From Dicyema japonicum (taxonomy: Eukaryota > Animalia > Dicyemida): a stretch of DNA of 64,000 nt. The DNA lies in contig RDEW01000007.1 of NCBI GenBank assembly GCA_011109175.1, positions 927,261 through 991,260 on the forward strand, written 5' to 3'. Every line of letters starts with the position of its first letter. Positions within the stretch are counted from its first letter, which is position 1. This document shows, one piece after another, positions 1 to 11,954 of this stretch. The notes under the pieces are model-generated. The model had not been told where the DNA came from, did no database searches, and was given only the letters and a program-made list of their open reading frames with translations. Position numbers and translations under genes: made by a program.

Positions 1-540
1 CACATATTCCACGGCCGAATTTCTCACGGGGTAAATATAACCTTTCCTATATTCTCAAAGAAATCCCAAGCACAGACCCCCATGGAGTAGATCTCCTTAG
101 CTGTTCGCCTATTTTGTGCCTAAAATAGTGAAAATGAATACTCCACCTATTCATCACAGCCATTACATAGCTAATGAACCACACAGGCATGCACAACCAG
201 TGTAGGCACTTGACAAGGTAAGAATGATCAACTGAGTCATAAGCCTACTTCACATCCACCAACATTGACAAAAGTGATTTTCCATGAGATATAGAAAGGA
301 ACTTATTGATCAAAGTCGTAAAACAATCTGCGATCAAATTCAAACAGATTATTTTCTCTCCTTAAAAAAACTTTCGTGGGTATAGAGTTTCCTTCTGCCT
401 CCTCTAACTCTGACTATGCCCTCTTCAATTCTTTGGATCTCATTTGGGAACACGGCGTTTACTAAGTAATCCCCTTACTATATAATATAAGTGACCCTTA
501 TCTTTCCAACATTTTTCTTCACTATAGAGAGTGTTAACGT
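1..540 (-). mobile_element. Degenerate copy of the R4/Dong-like non-LTR element at 47136-49143 (RT region, internally deleted)
   Basis: Reverse complement aligns by eye to ~47040-47660 (e.g. ttgatcattcttaccttgtc, gctgtgatgaataggtggagtattcat, ctactccatgggggtctgtgc), with ~183 bp missing. Confidence 0.8.
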
Positions 541-1016
541 GACCGACTCAATAGCACTTTGCATGTTTTTTATTAATAAAAAATAAAATATTAAATGTGT
601 TCTCATTGCTCGCCTTTTTTTCAAAAAATTCTCCTAAAAGACACTGTATTTGTTGAAAAAAAATTCAACAATCCTTTGCTCCTCAGTTAAGCAACGATAA
701 AATATCACCGATTGAGTTCACAATCATGTTTCCTGACTTCCTTCCAAGACTCATGGATTTTAAGTCTTTCTCCACTATCTTTATGTCATCCTGAATACAA
801 GCACTGATTCTTCCGAATTCACCTCTCTTGCCTTCCGATACCCATATTGGCAAGCATATCACTCAATTCATTATAAATTCTAATTTATTAGCATAATTGA
901 CACGTATAAGTCCTAATTATGCTGCCTCTCACGATAGCTACAGAGATCACCTCACTCCAAAAGGTAAAATTATAATGAAAATAAAAGTAATAAAAATATC
1001 CGTAAACTAACGTTAC

Positions 1017-1489
1017 CATTGGCATTTTTCTAAAGAAATCAACCAATAATGCGGGGAACACATTCCTGGCATAATTTAGAGGAACCAGTTCGACTTCCCC
1101 GTCATTTTCCCTTTACTTAGACTTACATAAAGTCTACCATTTAATAAGCAGGTTAATATTACCATCCTCATTTGTGATTCCAAGGAGGGATTCGGGACTT
1201 AGATTAAAAACATCATGGCTGTATTGGACGGAAGCATTCTTGGTCTTTTTGCACCAAATCTTATTTTCATAAAATTTGTTTTCTTCATAATCTTTGATTA
1301 AGTAATCGCAGTTAAGATTCTCGACTGGTTCCCAAGTATTATATCGACTAGAATTAGCAATAAGGAATACTTTGAATAGTTCTTCCACTTTATTAAATAA
1401 TAGGTCACTCCACTCGAATCTTCTTTTGAGTCTAATATGCTCTCGACCTCATAGTCGAAGAAAGATTCACCACTCTCATCGATATCCAT
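1017..1489 (-). CDS. HP1: HP1-like chromobox protein (chromodomain + chromoshadow domain); 3' end uncertain
   Basis: YEVESILDSK..YYLIKWKNYS|RYNTWEPVENL chromodomain after removing a 23-nt intron (1348-1370). Then SPESLLGITNEDGNINLLIKW|ENDGEVELVPLNYARNVFPALLVDFF, a chromoshadow pattern, after a 27-nt intron. Confidence 0.85.
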
Positions 1490-1599
1490 TAATCAAATAT
1501 TTAAAATTTATTATAATTTTGTATTTATTAAAAATCAAAAAAATATTTAATGTTTTGTTTCTTTTTAAATTAATAGTGCACATGGCAGATACTGGCTTG

Positions 1600-1700
1600 T
1601 GTGTACTTGATTGAAGAGCATAGGGCCAAGTTGAGGTCTCTGTTAAAGCGTGTCCGAATCACTTGAGTAGTTGTTTGGTGTTGCCGTGGTCTTTGGAATT
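1600..1700 (+). mobile_element. 3' tail remnant of I/Jockey-like LINE
   Basis: gggccaagttgaggtctctgt...gaatcacttgagtagttg...ccgtggtctt matches 40025-40105. Confidence 0.5.
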
Positions 1701-2099
1701 TTTTCATTTCACTCCACATGTTGAAAATGCGATGAGAAGACCAATGTACTGAAAAGTCGTTCGTGGGTGTGGAATATCCATAATCTCCAAAATTTTGCCC
1801 TTCAAGATTCTCAAAAAACAACTCCTCCCGAGTATTAGTATACTTAGATTCACAGCACGGAACTCCCCTAATGAGTTAATCAATAGAGTTGGGGGAAATT
1901 ACTAGTGAATTTCAAATACTATTATTAAGTTATAAAAAAATTAACAAATAATTATATCATTACCCCCAAACAGTGAAATTAGATATTACACATGCAGAAC
2001 ACTAGAAAGTCCGCCGACCACCGTTACATGTGGGTGATATGAATACCTTTGTATTGTAAAAAAATGTGGGCATAAAAAACCACAGACTTTCCCCATTCA

Positions 2100-2600
2100 A
2101 AAAAACAAAATTTGAGCGTACATTTCAATATTGACAGGGAGTCAAGATCACTGAGGAAAAAAGTATAAGACACAACTCTAGAAACAGTTTTAAATCCACC
2201 CAAGTTGACCAATTACATTAGGAGTTAGCCAATCCACTTTGAATGTTAAGAATTCAAATCCCCACATAGAATTAGGTCATTTAAATTAAATGAGGTCGGA
2301 CAAAACCATAGAAGGATTATAAGATAGAGAATATGTACAGTCCAGATATCCCCTTTAGAGAGTAGACACAGTATGACTGACATCCGCAAAGTCAGTTCCT
2401 TACAATTGTTGGGAGTGCCAACCAGGCCACTCATGTAAGATACTGAGTATACCAGGCAATATGGATTTAGTATTGACCTAGAAAGTTTCGATCTGTGGAC
2501 ACATGTAAATTCTATCTTGAGGTTTGAAATCAAAAGTTCAGGTCCTAAGTTTGATACGGGGCATATTAATAATATTAATAGTAACACCAGAGACCACGGT
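2100..2600 (-). mobile_element. Decayed LINE apurinic-endonuclease fragment
   Basis: DLILCGDLNS*HSKW resembles the APE GDFNAHH..W motif; it contains in-frame stops. Confidence 0.4.
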
Positions 2601-2722
2601 CACACAAACTTAAACTCTAATATTGACGTAACAAATATCGTAAACAAAACTCAGATAATTTTTGAAAAAATAAATTTATTATTTTCTTTAAATAATTAAT
2701 TAATTCATAATATAAATTGTTC

Positions 2723-5700
2723 ATGGGTGAATCTAAAGTGAGAGAACTTATTATATTAGAAATCCAATAGATTTAAAAGGAAAAGTGGTCCAAAACGGGA
2801 GAAACATGATGACTTGGATTCACTATCAGTTGATGAACTAATAGAACGTTTTGAGTCATTGCTGGTTCGATATAAGCATAATTTAAAGGATGACATGAAT
2901 CTGAGTAACGAGAAGCGAGAGCCTCTAAGGAGGCAGAATACAGAGAAGAAGAGGGACATGCTACGACTTAACATGAAGAGTGAAAAGGTAACGTGTTTTT
3001 GATATGCAGAATAAAATAATGGATCCGACCTATGTGGTGAAGTTACTTAATGATTGGAAAGGCAAGACCGAAGTTCTCAGTCGTATACGGGTGCACCTTG
3101 CAACAAACAAGATTAGTTGGATCAAGTCATTCGGACCTGCTGGACTTCTTTCTCTCCTGAATATCTTGAAAAAGAGCGTGTATGGATTATTTTTAAGCAT
3201 CAGACCTAAAGATATGACGAATGCAGTGGAAGCAGTAAAATGCATTTCATTTTTCATCAATTCACAGGTATTAGTCTTTAAGTGAGGTCAGTACGGAATG
3301 GATGAGGCACTCTCCTTAAAGGAATTTGTCTTCCAGTTGTACAATTGCATAGATAAGGGGAATGATATCCTCAAATATGAGATAATGCGGATATTGGCGG
3401 TTATCACTCTGTACCCGAATGGGTTAATTCGATTTTATATTTCAGTCACTTCATTCTTCTTAATGACCTCAAATTACACTCTGACAGGACTGGAGTCCCC
3501 CGATTTTTATCGGTAGTCCAGGCCGTAGAACAAACATCAAACTTGCAGTTGGGGGTTGTTTTCAGTGGACATTTTAGTCTATGAGTTTGCAGCTAATCAA
3601 CGCTCTTGTCAATACCCCCGACGATTGGGAGTTTAGGCAACATTTGAGATCCGAGATCTTACGACTTGGTTTCTTGGATTTGGTTCATGTAAGATTGACT
3701 TTAACATTTTTTAGAATCTGCAAAACTCTCTTCATGGTGATATCAAAGTCCACGCTGACTTGTTTATCCAACTGATGAACAGTGACCACGCAGAATTTGA
3801 GAGTGCCTTTCAAGAATGCGCCTCCCATTTTGAGTATTTTGTTATTTTATTGCTGAACTATGGATTCCTGTCTCGATGCCATTCGTAAGATTCCCAACAA
3901 GCACATCACTTCGATTCTCCAACATTTGTTGTTTGTTAGGGATGAGCATCCTTTGAGAGAATTATACTTCCAGTTAATAGAGACTTGTGTGGGACAGATT
4001 ATTCTCAGAAAGAATGGCATGGACCCTGACCCAGCTTACCACAGCTTTAATTTCGACGTTGAGGAAATTCTATGTTAGTGGTTTTCTTTATGGAAGGTGG
4101 ATTCGATTCCAAACTGACTGATAATATTAATACTATTGCACAGCTTAAGAGTGAATATGAGGATAAACTTGCTGTTGCTAATACTTGCAAAACTGAAGCT
4201 GAAACTAATGTGGCACTTCTCCAAGAAAAAATTGAAAAATTACAAAATGAGGTTATTATTAAAATTTAACCAGAAATCCGAGTTAATACCTGAGACTAAC
4301 GAATTTGTTGACAAGATTGAGGAAGGCGTTGTTAAATCAGAGGAAGTACTGTCGAGTAGTGATAATGTTCCCCCACCTCCACCACCTCTGATTGGTACTA
4401 AAGTTGCTACTAAAACTGGTGGTACTGTTTCCCCTCCTCCGCCGCCTCTGATTGGTAATAAAGTTGTTAGAAAAACTGGTGATAATATTCCCCCACCTCC
4501 CCCACCTCTGATTGGTAACAAAGCTGCCACAACTTCTGTCGATAATGTTTCACCACCTCCACCGCCTCTGATTGGCAACAAAGCTGCTACAAAAACTGGT
4601 GATGATGTTCCTCCACCGCCTCTGATTGGTAACAAAGCTGCTACAAAAACTGGTGATGATGTTCTTCCACCGCCTCTGATTGGTAACAAAGCTGCTACAA
4701 AAACTGGTGATGATGTTCCTCCACCGCTTCTGATTGGTAACAAAGCTGCTACAAAAACTGGTGATGATGTTCCTCCACCGCCTCTGATTGGTAAAAAAGC
4801 TGCTACAAGTTCTGTCGGTAATGCTCCCCCACCTCCACCGCCTCTGATTGGAGGGAAAATGACTACTGAATCATCACAAAATGTATTTTGTATTTCTATC
4901 TGATAAGATACCAGCACCACCCCCTATGATGGGTAAAAACGTACCACCTCCCCCACCATCGATTGGTGGAAAAGTTCCTCCCCCTCCTACCGGCTCTCAG
5001 CAAAAGAATGCTGTACCAATTGGAATGAAAGCCAAGCCAACCTATTCAAAGTCTCAAGCGGTGACAAAGAGAATTAACTGGGACAAAGTAAATATTTTAT
5101 TAATTTCAGTTGAGACCCCAAAATATAAAGCCTGACTGTATTTGGACTCAATTTGATGACGAGAAACTGGTCGACGAGTCTATCGTTGATAAGACTATTC
5201 ATTTGTTCGCAGTTAAAGAAGTCAAAAGTGAATGCTTTACTAATCATAGAAAGTACTGCTCTCAAGAACGTGAAAGTGAAAGAATTGAAGCTGCTGGACG
5301 GGAAAGCGGCTCAGAATTTCAGTACTGACTTTATGATATTAGACATTATGTTTGGACAGATGCGGAAAAAACCTGAAGAGGTTAAACAAGCATTTTTGGA
5401 ATTGGATTCCCCCATTTTAAGTAGTGCAGTCGTTGAACAGTTCATTAAGAATCTTCCCGGAGATGGATTGGATTCACTCAAGGAAATGGTTGAAGATATC
5501 AGCGAACTAGACGAATGTGAGCAGTACTTGGCTGTGGTTGGAGATATTTGTAATACTCACAGATTTCTCAAGTAAAATCTATCCCACTAAGACTGCAATG
5601 TCTCTCAATCAAACTTGATTACTCTGAACTATTGTCGGACACCAAAACAGTATACCAAGTCCTGATTTAGGCCATCGCTGCTGTGACTAGTGCATCCTCT

Positions 5701-6606
5701 GAAGTAAAAGCAAGTCAAAAGTTCTCGAATATAATTCAACTTATTCTTTCAGTTGGCAACATTCTGAACGCAAATTCAAGGAATGCTGAAACATATGCCT
5801 TCAATTTGAAATATTTGCCCAAAGTGGTCGTAGCTGTTACTGTAGTTGATTGATACAAAATCCTGTGATAATTCGACTAACCTTCTCAACTATATAGCCC
5901 AATTGGCTGAGGAGAAATGTCCGGATTCCCTCAACTTCCCCTCTGAGTTGATATCCTCTTCTAAGGCCTCCAACAGTGAGTGTATTGCTAATGTTTAGTC
6001 AAAAAGGAAGAGATTGTTAGTTCTATTGAACTCATAAAGCGGAATTACGGAAAGATATCAAAGGCTGTCAGCGGCTTCAGCACTAAAGACGAGGATGACA
6101 AGTTCTTGGAAATCTTTGAAGTTGCTGTTGAGTGATCATTCATAGAAACTTGCAGAAGATATGGAAAAGCAGATTGAACTGCTAAGCAAGATGAAGGAAT
6201 GCATGGAGGAGTCCTACTCTATGGTGGCCGACCATTTTTCATTTTCTGAAAAGTCAATGCCTACTAATGAGTTTTTCTCCATAATATCAAAGTTTTGTGC
6301 TCAATTCTCGGTTGCGTTATATAAGCATGGTAGGACTCTGTTCGTGTCAATCAAAAAAACAGACTTGCTGCTGAGAAGAAACAGAAAACAGTGGCTAAGG
6401 CAGTTAAGAGTCAAGAACAGCCTGGTATTGTTATTTATTCAAAATAGTGGTCAATGACGAAGGCTTAATGGATTCACTGTTGGATGCTCTCAAGACCGGT
6501 AAGGCCCTGGATAAAGGTAAGGATCGCAGAAAACGACGTCATCCTGATAGTATGTTACTTCTAATATATTTTAGTGGCTCAATTTATTGATATTAAACTT
6601 GGATAA
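2723..6606 (+). CDS. DIAPH: Diaphanous-related formin (GBD-FH3-FH1-FH2-DAD), many tiny introns
   Basis: FESLL|DDMNLSNEKREPLR (Dia GBD); SLQLINALVNTPDDWEFRQHLRSE (FH3); poly-Pro FH1 at 4360-5000; KRINWDK and ILSVGNILN (FH2); DEGLMDSLLDALKTG..RRKR (DAD). Introns include 2738-2759, 2865-2888, 2988-3009 and 6550-6574. Confidence 0.95.
4360..4870 (+). repeat. Coding minisatellite in formin FH1: 9 units of 54-60 bp (DxVPPPP(PP)LIGNKAATKTG)
   Basis: Read directly; four central 54-bp units are near-identical. Confidence 0.95.
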
Positions 6607-7649
6607 ATTAATTTTATTATTTAAAAATATTATGGTTATTCTTTAAATTTAGTTCTATTAGTTATGACGTTCGGTTGTAACTGCCAGGGCTTTTTTATAT
6701 CCCTTAGTGAAATCTGGGCATCGAAGCCGTGAAAGTCTTTACAATACAAAGGTTAGGAACATAAACTATCCACCAAAGAATTTCAGTAATTTGCGTGTTA
6801 TTCTTTGGTAGGTCTTATTGTCGTCTTTGTTTTCCTTGTAGAGTTGGAGTTTTTGTCGCTATTATTGCTAAACGAACTAGGTTTATTAGTGAAGTTCTCT
6901 TCAACTCTATCCCTTTCGCCTTGCAGCGTTTACGAGAATTTCTTACTCATCCTTCCTTGCCATTTATATTTCTTGAATCATTTAGATCTTCTAAATCTTC
7001 TCAGGAGCCTGCCTTGGTTCCTTGAATTGCTCTAATAATCCTCGTGGAAGCCAAAAGAAATAAAAAAATTCCAAAAGAAGTCCGTATTTCTCGCATCCTA
7101 ACTTTGTTCAGGGTCATCAGGAGTGAGCACTATAGGTGTGCGAGGCAACACCAGACGTTGAGAACTTCGGCCCAGGCACCTTAAAAATGGAAGAGCACAC
7201 AAACGTTGCACAGCCTTTTTTAGTGTTGGAAATATGTTCCAAGAAACCACACAGTTGAATGTAGCTCATCCTCCATGAGACTGCTACTAGAACTCCAATG
7301 ACGGCCCTCCTTTTTTCCTTGATGTCTTTGACTTGTACAATTGCATAGATGTGATGCCTTTCTATTCCACTTCACTTATAACGCTTTGTCAAAGATTTAC
7401 ATTTTTAATTATCGGCTGAGTCAAGCCATCTATCTAACAAAAAACTAGGCCTTAAACCAAAAAACACAACCAACTCAGCCACATAAAAGGTATTTCGGAA
7501 AATCAGAAGTGAGCTATTCACATGAATTACAAAAAAACTACAAAAACCACCAAAAAGAAAAAAACCGAGGAACTGGGGAATGAAGCACTTATTAGACCCT
7601 AGCCTGGTTCTTCCAGTATCTCACTTGCTATGATGGTTTCCACAGTAGT

Positions 7650-8570
7650 TTGCATTCTCCGATATTCGGTCTTTATGAATGATGCCAGAGTACTATATCA
7701 TCCACATGGCTGTCAAATCTCACATTGGTTGGGTGGGGTAGCGACAGCGGAAAGGTATCGAACAGAATTAGTTGAATCGACACCATAGTAACTCCATAGT
7801 TAATCCTAAACAGACTCTGTGCCGCACATAGATCATCCTTATAGAAAACTGGATATGCAGCTCTTGAGTCTCACGGGGACCCTCATTCTGTAAGGTCGCA
7901 TCGGAAGTCTCATGAAAGTCATCTATACATCCAAGAAGAGTGCACTTCTTCTGGTGTACATAGCTTCTAGTCTAAGATCTTAACCACCAAAGGGTAGTTG
8001 TCACAGGGATCGATTGAGTGTCTTATTATGCATCCATGAGCTAGTTTCTGGTACATCAAACACTCAAGATTTTATCAATGGCAGGCAACAGCCCAATTGA
8101 GTGGTAGATGTGAGGATCTTTAGGAGGCCTCCCTGGTTCCGTATAAAATTCAGTTCCGCCATATTCCATTGTCTGAGAACGTTACCAAACTTGAGAGCAC
8201 TTTTGTATAACCAAACATCTCAGGTACCCTTCTGAAGATTATCGGTATCTTGTCAGTCAGGGGGCAATATTCTTAGATTTTCTTTTCTCTTTGGAAAGTG
8301 TTGATTCCTTCTTTGGGGAAGTCTCATTCTCTTCAAACCTACATCCTGTCAGCATCAGTCTTACACTTAAAATCAGCACTGGAATCCGTGAAGAATGTTA
8401 CTGGCATATTCCAATGTATATTCGCATGTACTCCTCTGCGATGTCACTCAGGAAGACGTCCATCCTTTCTAGCTCGACTTCACTATAAACTTTTTATGGA
8501 AGAGAAGGGAGTTTGCTATCAAGAGGTTATCTCAGTTGCCAGATATTAGATCATAACAAACTGGATCCTG
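7650..8570 (+). mobile_element. Old R4/Dong-like RT remnant
   Basis: Scattered frames give DSVPH, QG.RLSVLLCI, DYRYL and WHIPMY, RT motifs in the right order; many stops and frameshifts. Confidence 0.45.
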
Positions 8571-8699
8571 GTTTAGACTAGCTCGTGAAGTTCAATCAGA
8601 GGTACCCTGTGATTATCTCAATGCCCTACTCATACGTGGTACCGAAAGCTAGGAAACAAACATCTCTAATTTGTTCTCACCGCCCTACGTATCCGTCTG

Positions 8700-9000
8700 T
8701 TTAGGTTCGGAGGTTGCCATTGTGATTTCAAGTTCTTGAAAGATTGAGTAAAGAATTTTATTGTTTGAGAATTCAATTGCCACATCCCTACTTGTACACG
8801 AGTGCCAATCGTTTATATACGTTACACGAGTCACCTCATCCGTTGGTCAATTCCTCCGATGAGCACAAAATGAAGAGAAATACCATATTTTCTTAACCAT
8901 ACGATGACATTGTCAACGTGTCTTCCAAAAGTCATAAGAGAATCGAAAGTGACTCCCAAAACTTTCACTTTGTAGGCATTTGTTTCCGTAAGGGGTTAAT
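8700..9000 (-). mobile_element. I/Jockey-like LINE RT fragment
   Basis: KVKVLGVTFDSLMTFGRHVDNV resembles KKILGLTFDTHMNFTRHVTNV of the 13.5-kb LINE. Confidence 0.55.
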
Positions 9001-9004
9001 TTGA

Positions 9005-9215
9005 GAACCCCAGATATGCCTGAAAGAAATTAAGAGTTTAAGAGATTACCAAGGTCTAATTAAGGTATATCCAGTTCCCAAGGTCAGTGGAACGCATCCT
9101 TTCCAAGTTCAGTCCATCCATGTACGCCATCATGGGAACCTATCAAGTGCAATAGGAAGGGGCGAGATCCTTATTGGATGCCTGCCAGGAACCGGGCGTC
9201 TCCTGAGACAAGTGG
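9005..9215 (-). mobile_element. SINE-like element, divergent subfamily 2
   Basis: Shares tccacttgtctcaggagacgccc, the core and the 3' stem-loop with the copies at 61725 and 63190; closest to 12140-12290. Confidence 0.7.
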
Positions 9216-9249
9216 AGTTTTTTATTTTATTTATTTAAAACAAAAATCA

Positions 9250-9505
9250 CAGAAAAAATAAAAGAGAGTGAGGGCCGTCAGGTGATCTCGGCCTCCTTAA
9301 GCTGCCGCCTTGTCTTTTCTCGGTGTTCTTCCCAAGAGCCGACACACTTTTTGTATAGATGAATCACTTTTAGGAATTTTTGAGGTTTCAACGGGGCTCC
9401 CGTTCTCCTCACGAGTTCCTCGAACGGGGTTGGCTTTAGTGGCGAAGAGAACCTTGGTAGGGTCCTCGTTCTATTTCTTGGAAGGAGCCTATTTTCTTTA
9501 GGTTG
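9250..9505 (-). mobile_element. 3' end of LINE, paralog of 41570-41850
   Basis: Colinear similarity with 41580-41840 (ctcggtgttc, gacacactt, gaatcacttt, gaacggggttgg). Confidence 0.75.
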
Positions 9506-9613
9506 GTAGGATAATGCAGTTATTAAAATGAGAATAATTAATAAAAATTTCTTAAAATTATTTCTATAAATAATTGATATTTAAAATAAATTTATTAAAG
9601 CATTTATATTGTG

Positions 9614-11954
9614 ATGACTAAAAACAATCATCAAAATATATTAAATGATGATTCCCCGCTCAAACAGTTTGCAGTTGCCAAAAATAAAATAACCAACATT
9701 TTCCAAAGCATTCATGACCACTTCCATGAAACTGAGCTATTTTTCATAGGTTTCACCTTAAGTGACTGTAGAATCTCCGATGAACTATAAGCTGGGGTGC
9801 TTGAATTGTCAACAAAGATTCGCAGATTATAAACTACGTATTAATGCCATTCACAAGATTCTCTCAAGGGACAAGATGAAAGTTGTCTTCTTCGGGAGGA
9901 CATCAAACGGGAAAAGCTCGGTAGTCAACTGCATGCTTCACTCAGAGTTAGTCCCCGCTAATATTGGACACACAACATCCTGTTTTGTCCAACTAGAAGG
10001 TTGTGGGTCCAATAGTCCCCGGATAATGTTTGGGGACATGGAAGAGAACTACAGTCTAATGGTCCCGTTTAATCAATTTCAGCGTGTGGAACAGCTCTCA
10101 ACCGATATCAGTGCAAAAAAGCTTAGTCCAGACTCTCTAATGAGACTGTTACTTCCAAAGGAGCACGTGACTCTGTTAAAGGACGATGTTGTACTAGTGG
10201 ACACCCCTGGAGTTGATGTGACCCCTGATTTGGACTCTTGGATAGATCTTCACTGCATGGATGCTGACGTATTTGTGCTTGTAGAGAGTGCTGTCTCCAC
10301 TCTTTCCCAAGCGGTGGTCACTTTGCCTTATTATAGGAAAAAAACTTCTTCCTCAAAGTATCGGCCAGACTTTCCAAACCAAATATATTTGTTTTGTACA
10401 ACCACTGGGATGCGGCCTCTGGGTACTCAGAAGAGAACTACAGCAGAGTGAAGGAACAGCACCTGCAACGATCTTTGAACTTTCCTGGTTGAGGAGTTGA
10501 AAAGTTACTGACAGAAAGACGGCTCAAAAGAGAATATTTTTTGTGTCAGCCAAAGAAACATTAGAAAATAGAACTAACCGTTAGTCTTTGGGTTATTTAG
10601 GTTCCTTCGTGGAACTGAGTGGGAGGGCTGAGAGATTGGCGGAGTTCGAACAATTTGAGTTGGTTTTCCAGGATTGCATATCAAACAGTGCAATCCACAC
10701 AAAGTTTGAACATCACGCATTGTTCGCCAGGAATTTACTGTCTGACAGCTCTGACTTGATATCGATGCTGCTGTTATGGCCGAGGATATGAAGTTGCCCG
10801 TGGTTTATGTTTGTAGATGTGAACTAACTGACAAAATAAAGGAGACCGATGCAAAATTGGACAAATTCAGGACGGAATTGACAAAAACTGTAAATATTAA
10901 CAAATCGAGAATATCAAAGCTAATGGAGAGTGCCGAAATTATTGTAGTGATTGCTCATGATTAGATTTCCCAAGCATTCAAGAGTGAAATAAAACGACTT
11001 GGTTACCTTCTCGGGGAGTATGACACTCATTCTCTGTTAAACCTGACGTTATTTCTAATTACAAGCAGGTGGGGGTCGTTGTGATTGTAGGGGTTGCATG
11101 AATTTGGTGGAAGAGGCTGTCAGGTTGGGAATGACTGCCAGATGTTCTGCATTAGAGCGTGAGATAAGGGACTCTATTGATTCTATTATCGGGTTATACT
11201 GTGTATTATTGTAGAATCACTGTTGGGACTGATCCCTGAGCATATGGGGACAAATTTAGGAGACTTGTCCGCTTTGAATAGATTTATGCTTATTACCACG
11301 TGGATTTGAAGCATTTGTGTGCTGATTTTAAGGAGGATGTGGAATTTCACTTCTCACTTCACCCATCACGTTTACTGGTATTAATTCAGTGGTATTATTT
11401 TGTGTTATCTCAGGGACTTGTGGCTCAGGGATCAAAAGACATCTGTGTTTAGGAATTGGCTGTTTCCGCCGCCTTAATATCTTCTGCCGTTTTTGTTTGT
11501 AATATTTCAGGCTCTTAAAGACATTGTTGGAAGGCTCTCACTGTCATAACGACTGCATATTGTCTGCTGTATTTGTTTGAAAAGTTTACTTGGACAAACT
11601 AAGGCACAGGAGAGGGCGTTGAAGCAGCAATATGTGACCTATGCTTCTTCTAAACTTAATTCTGTGGTTGGTTTGACCAGTTCTTCCTGTGGACAGCAGA
11701 TTAAACAGTTATTGGTGGTATTATTAAGTGAATTGACTGGACTGAGTGACAGACTTTGTAATGTAGTTTCTGATTATGATGGGGATTTGGTGAAGGAGAT
11801 GAGGGAATATAATGGTGATTTGTCTATATTGGAGACGTTTAGTGTTGAAATGCAGAAATTTAGGTATTACTGTTGTTTATGTAGATATCGGTCCTCGTTG
11901 GTTACTAAGGAACTTGATGACTTTTTTAGTACTGTTTTGTCGAAATCTAACTAA
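9614..11954 (+). CDS. MFN: Mitofusin (metazoan Marf/MFN type), multi-exon
   Basis: SPLKQFAVAKNKI N-terminus; MKVVFFGRTSNGKS P-loop; DDVVLVDTPGVDVTPDLDSWID..CMDADVFVLV; RLSKPNIFVLYNHWD; C-terminal KAQERALKQQYV..ELDDF. Two +1 homopolymer indels near 10480-10505. Confidence 0.95.

Noticed and set aside
4240-4920. 226-aa minus-strand Gly-rich ORF
   Set aside because: It is the antisense shadow of the formin poly-Pro repeats.
6700-7330. Possible LTR gag remnant downstream of the formin
   Set aside because: No LTR, PBS or zinc knuckle found; the similarity is too vague.
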